From the NCBI GenBank assembly GCA_029953675.1, contig JAMWBK010000007.1:2046001-2110000 (forward strand): a stretch of DNA of 64,000 nucleotides, given 5' to 3'. Below are positions 36,046 to 46,352 of the stretch, in pieces. A model generated the notes under the pieces. The model was not told where the DNA came from. It saw nothing but the letters and a program-made list of their open reading frames with translations, and did not search any database. Position 1 is the first letter of the stretch; every line of letters begins with the position of its first letter. The DNA is from Rhodosorus marinus CCMP1338. Its lineage: Eukaryota; Plantae; Rhodophyta. The position numbers and the translations under genes are program-made.

Positions 36046-37894
36046 TCCAAACTCACGTACGAAGGAGCAACGGATAGGAACACTTTGCTGAGGCTTCCAG
36101 TACATGCAAGGATTCTCTGAGTTTACGGCGTTTCCCGCGACGTATCGGGGCTCACAACACCAGAAACTAGTAGAGAAACTGTTCTTCTATGACGAGGTAG
36201 ATTGTAGATAGATCATGGGATAGGCTGTATTCTCCGAAAACCTGGTAGCCCATAGAGCAGTGCAATCCGACACTGTCTGCACGGCACCTGCCACGAAACT
36301 TCAAGAGCACTAAGCCGACTAAACGATAGTACACTGTCTGCTAATGATTTGCCTTTTCTCAATCACGAGCAAACGGTTCCTGACCTACCACAAGAGCAAT
36401 CTCCTGGCCCAAATCCCAATCCAGCACCACTCCCACGCGCTATTGTGACGAGGCCCCGGGGGGGTGGTGGAGATGATAGAGGAGCATTCTAAAATCCTCC
36501 CTTACACACATCCACGAAACCATCGTTGCTACTGATCAAGAGATATTTGGCGTACAACCTCTCCAAGCCTGAATCCAAAGGCTTCCAACTTCCTCATCTA
36601 CCAGATTTCAGCCTGGTTCCTGCTTTCCTATAATTCAGATAATTCTTAACCACAACTTCTCCGCCCTAAGCACTAGACAATATCATTGAAGAAAAATCGA
36701 TCCTTCCCCTTCTCTCCAAAAGCGAAAGCCTTCCACGTTTATCAAATACAATAAAACTTACAAAATACATTCAAAACGTACTTGAAATTTGCGATAATTA
36801 CATGTGCTGGCTGACAACCAGCTCAGAAAACCACATGCTTCAGGGTTGCTTAGTTGATTTAGATTGTATTTATTTTGGCTGCAAGTGGCAATGAGATTCT
36901 AGTCATATCCGCATGTTTGGGCGTAGTGTGGTATTGAGGATGTTGGTCAAGCAGAAGAAAGGAGTATTTTGAAAGTATAGATGAGTATAAAAGGAGCCTT
37001 TTTTAATACAACTCAGGATTCAAAACGTTTCCACACAGCAATATGTTAGTAGCGCCTCCCCGTGCCTGTTTGTTAATATACTGAGCTGACCGACGAAGCC
37101 TTCAATGGGGGGAAGAGACGACTGCGAAAGCTGTAGAAGATGAGAACGTACGTATTTTGAAACACCAATGATATTCAAAGCGATCCTTTTCAGAAACTTC
37201 ATTCGTTGTAAACGTTGTGAAAGTTGCCCCATACTGTTCCGCTGAGCCTATCAGTTGGCGGAGTTGTTGTGAGTGTTGTGAGTGTTGAGAGCGATGAGTT
37301 AGGCTCGCGTCCGTGGTGCGAAAGTTGTAGCATACTGATCAGGGGTTACAAACCTTTGGCTTTTAAGGACTGAGAATCTCGAGGTGAGCTATTCTGGGAT
37401 TGTGAGGAAGAAGGAAGGAAGCTGTAGGTCGGGATTCTGAGACAACTTCGGTCACGCGTTCTGTTCGATTCGGAAGAAGATTGGGATTCCTGAGAGGACG
37501 AGGCTGGTTATGCAGGAACGATTCCTTGAAAAGATTTAGAATCGAGTTTCTCGTGTTTGTCTTACTTCTTGAGCACCAAAGAGGCTGAGGAGCATCTTTG
37601 AGGGATGCTCGCTGTTTTGAGGTTGGTTGAAGAGTAGTTCAGAGTGACACGGAGGAGTAGCAAGTGTTTCCCCGATTTTGTTCTTGAGTAGAGAGCTATG
37701 AGAGGTTGTTCGTAGAAGTAGCACAAGCACTGAGAATGGAAACGGTTAATTATTTATCTGGGGAGTGGGTAAGAGTGGATATCTGGGCACTTCCTTTGTC
37801 TGGGTCGTTGAGCTCGAGCACTTGCTAAGGTTTCCTTCGTCTTCCCTTATATCTTGCGGACCTTCTTTACTTGTTATAGGAAACGTAAGTTCAA

Positions 37895-40470
37895 ATGAGC
37901 CTGCTTTGGTTGGGTCTTTGCGTTTGCTGCCAGTATCAGTAAGCTTAGTTCTGTGTCTGACTTGGTTGGCTGGCATTGTTTCTGCTCTTAGCGTAGCCAA
38001 ACCACCTCCCGCGTTGGAGAATAAGGCAAAACCGAGTTCAAACTTGTACAAAGCGTTGGTAGTGTCTATCACCTATGTTGGCTCCAGAAATCGGCTATAT
38101 GCTCCAGGACTAGACCTCTGGACCATGATCAAGATTCTACATAATGAGTTTAGCTTTGAATACTCCGATATTCGCGTCCTGACGGATGTCAGCATAGACG
38201 AAGTCAGCGCTCAATGCTACGAATCTGTGAGGTGAGAATGAACTTGTACTCTCCACTTTTCGCAGACTACGAAATGCTTTCCAAGACCATTGACCGCGTG
38301 CGGCGAAACCTTTTTCCGTTTGCCGAAACGAAAATTTTGCAGACCTCCAACAGCAGGGAACATTGTGAAAGGCATGGAATGGTTGACGGCAAATGCTACG
38401 GGACAGAGTAGGCTGTTCTTCTACTTTTCTGGACATGGAATCCAGGCCAAGGACCACACAGGAGAAGAGGATGATGGGCTGAATGAATGCTTGGTTGCAT
38501 CAGATGACTACTTCATTTCCGATGATACGATTAGGGCTATACTGGTAAACAGAGTTCCGCTTCGAGCAAGGTGAGAACGAGAAAACGACTGTCTTTTGCA
38601 TTCCATTCACGGCTCCTGTGCTCTAACGGAAATCATCCTCTGCTAATTTGCTTTCCATTCTTCAGGCTGGCATGCATGGTGGACAGGCAAGTATTTCTTT
38701 CGGGGTGCTATGGCTTCAACGAATCCGAGGCATGTTGCTAAACTTCAATGTTTCCTGTGCGGTCTCAAAAATAGTTGCCACAGCGGAAACTGTGCGGATC
38801 TGACTTACTACGTGAGACTACGAGACATATTTGAGGGTGGAGACTCGTCATCCGTGCGCAAGTATCCCACTCAGATACACGGTAGCACGGAAGTGTATAA
38901 CCGTCCTCAACCGGTGACCATGCCTAGCAAGGAGTATCCAGCGTTGGGCCAACAGCCGCACAACGTGGCGAGTGGTTACAAAGCAGGAAACCCAAAATAT
39001 CCCGTACAATCGCAGTCACAGGGCACGGGAGTGTACGCACCGCAAATGCAGAACGGCAACTACTCACAACCCGGACATGTGGTTCCGACGCCTGGTGCCG
39101 GATATGGCCCACGGGTGGCGAATCCCTTGTACCCTACGCAAGCGCCTAGTGGTGGATACGGGAGATATTATGGAAATGCGAACCAAACTCAGAGTCCTGC
39201 CTATCCATCGCAACAGCAGCACTACCAAAATTCGCAGTACGGTGTTCCTTTGGGCCAAAACGCTCAATACGGCCAGCAACCACCACCCGAATATCCGCCG
39301 CAGCCGCAGACGCAGCCGTACAACAGTGGATACTACCCGGCACCGCCCAACGATGGACATCCATCATATGGCTCGGGTCACTGGCCGCAGCCTCCTCCAA
39401 ACCCACAATATTCTATGACGCCTCATACCGCTGGTTGTTCACAGCCCTTTGGTGACGTAGGGCAGGGACTTACAACTGAAACAGGATCTAGTACTGAGAG
39501 AGCTGGGGACCATCCAACTGGACCGCCGGGAGACCATCAACCTAAACAGAGAGGCCGGCAGGAGAGCCATAAGAACCCCAGCGATGCTCATTCGGCGACG
39601 AACGCGACCAACGAGACTGAAGCTCATCCAGAAGAGAACGGTCCTGGGGCTCAGAATACGCCGGGCGGAGGAACGGATGAACCTGTTTCGACTGTCACTG
39701 TACAGAATGCGAGCGAACCTTCACACCAAAACGCTGCGCTTAGCACTCGCCATGCGTCTTCCCAATTTCCAACTCAAACACAGAGAAGTACTTATCCAGC
39801 ACGAGGGGCTTCACTTGATCCTAGTCTTGGACTCCAAAGCACGTTTGACAGCCTGAATCTCGGCTCACGAATGAACGCTCCTGACGCACTGAGCCGTGGG
39901 TACTCCCAAGGGCAAGGACAACCGCCACCGGCGTTGATTCAAAAACCGAAGTCGCAGTATGGCTTCCAAGCGCCAGTTGCGGGACAGCATTGTGGTATCG
40001 GGCTCAGACCGCACTCGCTGCCAACCGTGCGGCTGAACAACGGAGAGATCAGCCAGTTTTCAACAAGCGTAGAAGGTCGGCCATCCTACGGAGGCATGGT
40101 CATCCTGTTGAGCAGTAACGACGATGGAGAACAAGCTGCTGGGTTGAGGAGTGTTGGTAGCGCCTTCACGAATGGCTTCGCTAATGTTGTTAGGAGATCT
40201 CACCCAGAAGGCTACAGTTTCAGGTATGGTGACGCATGGCACAAATAGGAAGATTTTCCATTGACATCTTTTGGCTTTCGACTAATCCAAGTTCGTTTTT
40301 GTCGTCTTCAATCATCGAGGTCGCTTCTGGTGGATATTGCTAACGAAGTACATGCTCTGGGAATCCAGCAGAAGCCCATTATGTGTATGAATGATATGAG
40401 TGCCCTGACTATGAGCTTTTTCGATTTTTGCCGGTGTAGACCTTCTCCTGCGCCTCTCCAGGAACGCTAG
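37895..40470 (+). CDS. Metacaspase (peptidase C14B) with a very long inter-domain linker; 5' start uncertain
   Basis: YKALVVSITY, IRVLTD, PTAGNIVKGMEWL, LFFYFSGHG (catalytic His), EEDDGLNECLVASD, ISDDTIRAILV, spliced LACMVDSCHSG (catalytic Cys), p10-like GMVILLSSNDD...GSAFTNGF...YSFRSLLVDI...QQKP. Introns 38232-38342, 38571-38665, 38687-38774 (GC-AG), 40224-40319. Confidence 0.88.
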
Positions 40471-40684
40471 GATAACGAATGATAGAGTTGAATAGCTTGT
40501 GGCGAAGAAGAATGGGGAGGAACACGTACCCATTCTTCGCGTCTTTTGATTTATTATATTTAATGTTGAGAAGATCTCTTTGTTACGTGAGCGGCAACAA
40601 CACCGCAGCAAGGACTAGACTGCTTTGGGAAGATAATCGATCGCAGAAAGGCCAGTAAGCGATCGTAAGCAAGTCGCGATTCCA

Positions 40685-41020
40685 GCACCACATAGCGTTC
40701 GAAACTGTTGATTTTTCAAACAGAACAGTGCGTTTCGTGCAACAATTAGCCCCGGGTTACGATAGTATGGCGCTACGTTCTTCGCTGGTCATCTCTGCCT
40801 CTTCGTTAGCAGCCAGCAAGCACTTCTACCTATGCTTCTTCTCAGCTGCGGTTCCTTGCTGTGTGCATGCTGACGACCTCTTGCTCACAAGCGCGCGCTG
40901 TTTGAATGAGACCGCAGTTAGATTCTCATCGCAAATCGATGCGAACGTGTCCCCAGCCCTGCGCACTACACAGCGTTCAAAACTCTGTTGATTTGACAAA
41001 CAGACCGGTGCGTTTCGTGT
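40685..41020. repeat. Dispersed direct repeat, ~56 bp, two copies 278 bp apart
   Basis: GCACCACATAGCGTTCGAAACTGTTGATTTTTCAAACAGAACAGTGCGTTTCGTG (40685) versus GCACTACACAGCGTTCAAAACTCTGTTGATTTGACAAACAGACCGGTGCGTTTCGTG (40963). Confidence 0.85.
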
Positions 41021-41152
41021 TTGCGTATACGCCTGTCCAGGCCATCGTTGGTGCACGAAGAAACGGAACGAAAATCCGCATCCAACCGCATGACAATGTA
41101 CCCTGAGCGCTGCTGATCGGACTTATGCGACTAAACCGCTGGAGGCCAGGCC

Positions 41153-42365
41153 CTACGTCATAATTTGTATATCGGCTGAATCAGCTAGAACTGTAGGTTT
41201 CACACCACCACCGCTTCTCTGCACGTCAACGTACTCAACCCCCTTCGGAAGCGAGATTTTCTTAAGAGAATCAATGTCGGTGGCCTGGACCCGCTTGAGC
41301 CTCCTGAGGAATGTAAAGTCGAGGTGACTTCGGTCCGAAAGATCTCGGTACTCAGTGTCCCATTCAAGTCCAGATATGTCTAGTTGCTCCAAGTTGGTGA
41401 ATGCGGCCAAAAACCTGTAGAGGGGCTCTTCTCGGTGCCCTTCATAAACATCTGGAAGGGCGTCAGGGTATGGATTTGGCATCCGATTCCATGAGATGTC
41501 AAGCATTTTAACAGTCTTCGGCTTTAGTACTGGGTTGAACAAAGCCTGCAGCATCCGGTTTCTTTCCGAGTTCATCCACCTGCCGGAAGAAAGCAACAGT
41601 GTTCAGGACATGAAGACGGATACTCGGCCAGAATCATCGCCTCTTCAGTGCTTTACGCGCGACCTGGCTTTGTGGACTGGTGGCGAGGTTTGAGAGCTCT
41701 CTTCCTCCCAGTGAATACAGCAAGGCTAGGAAAGCACAGGCCAAACAATCAGCAGGCGCGGTTCGGGGAACCGTTGTAGTTTGCTTGGGAAGGACCACGC
41801 CGGCCAGTACTTACGCTGAGCACAGGGTTGAGTGGGAGAGAACGACAGAGCGGAGAGCTATCGCATCAATTACAAACATTAATTGCTCCATATCCCTTAA
41901 CGTGATGCTGTCAAGTGCCGGGATGTTTAGAAAGGCAGATTTTAGCTGGCTGCATGAATTAATCGTGAGCTGCTTGAGAACCGTGCGGGTCGCGTCAATA
42001 ACGAAACCGTATTCAACAAACTCGCAGCGATGGAAACTCAGGCTCGTGCACTTCGAAATAGCATGTACAGGATTCGGAGCTAACCGCCCTAGTGAATTTC
42101 TTGTCACCTTCAGATCCGTCGCACTGAAGCTGACCATCGAATCAAGCCCTTTCAGTCGCGATTCCAGCTGCTTATTAAATAAAGTCCCCGGAGCCAGGAC
42201 CACTGACCTATGCAAACCTCTATCTGCCCTTATAGAATCCCTCCATTCACTGCAAACCCCCTCCGCCCTAACCAAGTCATTGTAGTATTCCAGATTTCCA
42301 AGAATTTTCCTCACCAACACCCAGGGCAAGGTTGCCCCAGAACGCGCCCGTACTTCCTCTTCCAT
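41153..42365 (-). CDS. F-box / leucine-rich-repeat protein, multi-exon
   Basis: N-terminal F-box-like LPWVLVRKILGNLEYYNDLVRAEGVCSEWR; LRR-like LKQLTINSCSQL, VKMLDISWN, LEQLDISGL, LKRVQATDIDSLKKISLP. Confidence 0.72.
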
Positions 42366-42991
42366 TCCAAATCCTCAGCAGATTTCCAGAACCATCGTCT
42401 CTCGGGATGTCCCACTATCACCCTCACCACCTACTCTGCTCCCAATCCAATTATATCCTATAGGATATCAACCAGCCAATCTTCTCGAGCTCAAATTCCA
42501 TCCGGACGAGTTTCATATTGCAAGTAATTTTTCTAAAATGAAACACCCATCGCCATACACCTGAAATCAATGGTTTCCATTCTCCACTCAAAGCGGTTTT
42601 TGGCTGCATAGTTGAGAAGCCAACGGACGATACGAAAAGGCAGTACAGAAGCCGTAATCAGGGGCATGAGGTGGACTGCATCCATCAAGGGTAGTCTCAA
42701 ATGTCCTTTGGGGAGCCCAGCACCATACGTACCATCCTGCTGCCTAAGGTAAGTCGGATTACAGCGGCAAAGCAAGGCTGGTCGTGACGAGATATGCTCT
42801 GATGAGGTTGTTTTCCCGTCGGAGGCCCCCCGCCGGAGGAAGGCCACGTCCTGTATCCAACCTACGTTGGGCACCAGGATGCTACGTGTGGTGCTGGGGG
42901 TCATAACCCGTAAAAGCCTGTGTATGTTTAGTGTTTTCTTCGTAAGCCATGTCGTCCTTCTTAGGCATGTCGGAAATTGGACACTTCATCA

Positions 42992-43291
42992 GCTTGAACA
43001 CGAATTGGAGCATCGTCGCACTGCACTGAAACAAATTTTAAAACCCAGCCATTACTATACGATTGCGGGAAACACTTCTCCCGCTGCCGCTCTGCACCGC
43101 ACTCAGCGGCGGATTCGAAAGGACCTGTCCTTCGTTTCGGCTCTTGCACGTGCATTTGCTTGAACACGGATTGGAGCATCGTCGTACTGTAAATTTTTTA
43201 AAACCCAGCCAGTACTGAACAATTGCGGGAGACAGCTCTCCCGCCGTCGTTTTGCATAGCCCTAAGCAGCGGATAACTACAAGGACCTGTC
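42992..43291. repeat. Degenerate tandem duplication, two ~165-bp copies
   Basis: GCTTGAACACG(A/G)ATTGGAGCATCGTCG at 42992 and 43158; shared TTTTAAAACCCAGCCA, ATTGCGGGA...TCTCCCGC and AGGACCTGTC. Confidence 0.9.
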
Positions 43292-44264
43292 TATAAATTA
43301 AGTCCAAAGTCCACCTCTACTGGGAACCGCACTTCAAAACGCCCCGGACACGATTGATCGCCGCATTGCACAGCAATCGTTAGAACCACATTTCACAGAA
43401 CTGGAAGCTCTGCATCGACTCGGGCTACGGAAGCTCACCTGCTAACGCTCCTAAGCTTTTCAGCTGACAACCTCAGGAAAGCAACACAGGCAAAAGATCG
43501 ACCTTCATCTGATATTTTGGTTTATTGAAAAGCGTTGATTTGGCTCCTCTTCCATTCTAATAGATTGAACTTGGTAATTGACTGACTAGACTGTCCTTAA
43601 ATAATTCATCAGATGATAATTACTATAATTATTATTTATTGTTTCTCTTCGATTGCTGTCCAGTGTTCATATTTTAAACACGATACCTGCTATTTTCTTT
43701 TTTGTGAATAAATTTGAATGCTCGGAGAAATTCCTGTCTAATTGGAATTTTGTTGTCGTTTAGGAGGCTGAATAGACTCTTTTTCGAAGGGGGATTTTTT
43801 CAGAATTTTCAGAATTTTAAGGATTTTCAGTATGAAATCTCAATCAGAAGACAAAGACACTTGGTGGGTATTTCACAAGTAATTTCGAAAGTCGTTAACT
43901 AATGACCAATAGAGTATCGCCAGCCGAATACCACTTCAATTAGGGACAGCTGTTTCCATCCCTCTTTTCTTTTTTTTTTGGTTTTGCGCTTCTTTATATT
44001 GGAGATCGGTTAACCGCCATTGATGAACATGTCATTTGGGAACGCGCGAGGGATATGACGTGAGCGCTGGTGAAAGCAAAAGATAAGAGAGAGATTCGTG
44101 GTGCATATCGCTTGCTTGACGATATGTCATAGGTTAGTTGTTTTACTACAATTCGCGTCACTCTACGAGTTAGTGCGCATTTTCAGACGGTTACACAAGT
44201 CAGTTATACAGTGAAGCCTAAAAGCCAAACATACACGCTCAAGGGCTCCATGTCAAATACCAAA

Positions 44265-46352
44265 TTATCCTAGTTGATAGTCTTTCAGTTCGGTTATTCT
44301 TGCCGGATGCCTCAACTTCTTCATAGCTACAATCTCGATCTGTCGAATGCGTTCTCTCGACAAATTGAAGTGGTCTCCAATCTCGTTTAGAGTTTTTTGC
44401 ATCCCATCATCCAGTCCGTACCTTTTGAAAACAAGGAAACAGATTTTAGCGCGCTGGACTTCAACAAAAAACATCAACAATTCTAACCAGAGTACGTTAT
44501 CCTCACCTCATCACTACGACCGTCTTTTCCTTTTCCGTAAGGTGCCTTCCGAGAAATGCATGCAAGTCTTCCTTCAAGCACGCCTTCATGGTAAGGCCTT
44601 CCGGGGTGGGGCCCGCATCCTCAATGAAGCTCCCAACAGTACTCTTGCCGGGATCATTCGAATTCTTCACGGGAGCATCTAGCGATAGGGTCTTCTTCTC
44701 AACATCCAAGAGAAACTCGATTTTTGCCACTTTGAGATTCAGTCTCTCCGCTAAATCCTCAACGGTTGCAAGCCGATTTTGCTCGGTCAAGATAGACTTC
44801 CTTGTCTTCTTTACCGCCGCCAGTGATTCGTGCACATGTACGGGAAGGCGAATTACACGCGCTTGATCCGCAATGGAGCGCAGCACTGACTGCCGAATCC
44901 ACCACGTAGCGTACGTAGAAAACTTGAATCCACGGTCCGGGTCATACTTCTCCACTGCCTTCACAAGACCGAGAGTCCCTTCCTGCACAAGGTCGGGCAA
45001 CGGCAGACCCTGTTTTACATATCTCTTGGCTACCGATACAACCAGACGCAGATTGCACTCGATCATCTTCGCCTTGGATCTCCTCATGTTCGTGAGCGCG
45101 AATTCAAACTCCATCGTTGGAACATCGACAGCACTCGCCCATTCTTCCAAGGTAATCGGTCTTTCCATCATTGCCTCCGCCTCCTTTCTAGTTTTCTCGA
45201 AGAAGACGAGCCGTTGCACCTCACGGCCGAGGCTGAGCTCTTCCTCGCGAGTCAGCAGGTTGCTCTTTCCCACCTCAGCAAGATAAAGCTGAATTCCGTC
45301 CTTCAGAGGACTACGCTTCCCACCCTTCGGAGGCTCAATGTACTCATCTGGCAGAGTCGCCACCTCCGGATCAACTTCGTCAATAAGCTCCGTAGTTGTC
45401 TCCTCTTTCTTCTTTTGCCCGAGCTCGAGCTCCTTTTCTTCTTCAACACAATCCTCATCATCATCGACAAGCGGCTCTTCTGTAGGCTCGGTGAACCTCC
45501 TGGTCGGAAGATCCACGACAGTCTTGCCTGAGGACTCGAAGGAAAACGAGGACTTATCCTCTGGCATCACTCTCGGATTCCTCAATGTCAACGGTTCGTC
45601 TTCGGTGTCACTCCTTCTCCGCCCGTCCTGAATCTGCCTATTTGTTCGGCTGTTCCGCCGTCCCCTCCAAGCAAGCAAAACCCGTCTATTGCCCGTGGGC
45701 GTCGCAACTAGACCAGCCACTCGCTCAACCCTTCTCATTAATCTTGGGGCACAGTACACCTTCGTGCCGGAACTAAGCATTGAAACGTTGCTTGCGACGG
45801 GACGCGACGAGCAAACGGCCTACAGTTTCACAAGAAACAGATGCTTAGCTTTTCCAACGATTTAGGGACCCATTGCAAAGCTCCAGTACGACAAAAAAAA
45901 AAGCGCAACAATTGATGGAGGACATGTATGGGCCTGTAAGCGACACTGAGATCAAAATGAACAAATTGAAGACAGCAACACGGTGCTGGCAACCAATTCT
46001 TCTGGCATTCAATTTGAGCCGATCAGGAAATGTGCTCAACAGGCCGAGGCCATAATGAGCAATTCCAGCAGGCCTTCGATAAATGCCTCCGCAAGAAAAC
46101 CCCCGCGTCGAAAGGAAACGAACTCTCAAATACATGCTACCGCATCTACCCAGCCATTGCCAAACCAACATTGCCATAAGTAGGATCACTAGATACCTCT
46201 ACATAAGGCGCAAACCACTCAACCAAGTGCCCATGTCGATTGACAAGAAAACCCCTTACCTTTTTGTCACTCCCGTTGACGCCGATGCCTCTCCCACAAA
46301 ACTGACTCCTGTTGGAAGGGAAAATTCCCCCGGCACCCACAAACCCCATCAT
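44265..46352 (-). CDS. Nucleus-encoded plastid RNA polymerase sigma-70 factor
   Basis: Region 1.2 [21 protein letters not shown], region 2 [12 protein letters not shown]...[35 protein letters not shown], region 3 RVIRLPVHV, region 4 after intron 44422-44506 ([30 protein letters not shown]). Putative first exon 46260-46352 (MMGFVGAGG...) is less certain. Confidence 0.93.

Noticed and set aside
42533-42904. 123-aa minus-strand ORF as a real gene
   Set aside because: No recognisable family and no splice support; it lies in the upstream region of the F-box gene.
13611-43209. Shared AAAACCCAGC 10-mer linking the 13.6-kb and 43-kb repeats into one family
   Set aside because: No alignment beyond the 10-mer, and each family counts as one independent occurrence, so chance is adequate.
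44265-45780. Bacterial contamination suggested by sigma-70, ABC-F and QueG
   Set aside because: All three carry spliceosomal introns, and plastid sigma factors are normally nucleus-encoded in algae and plants.
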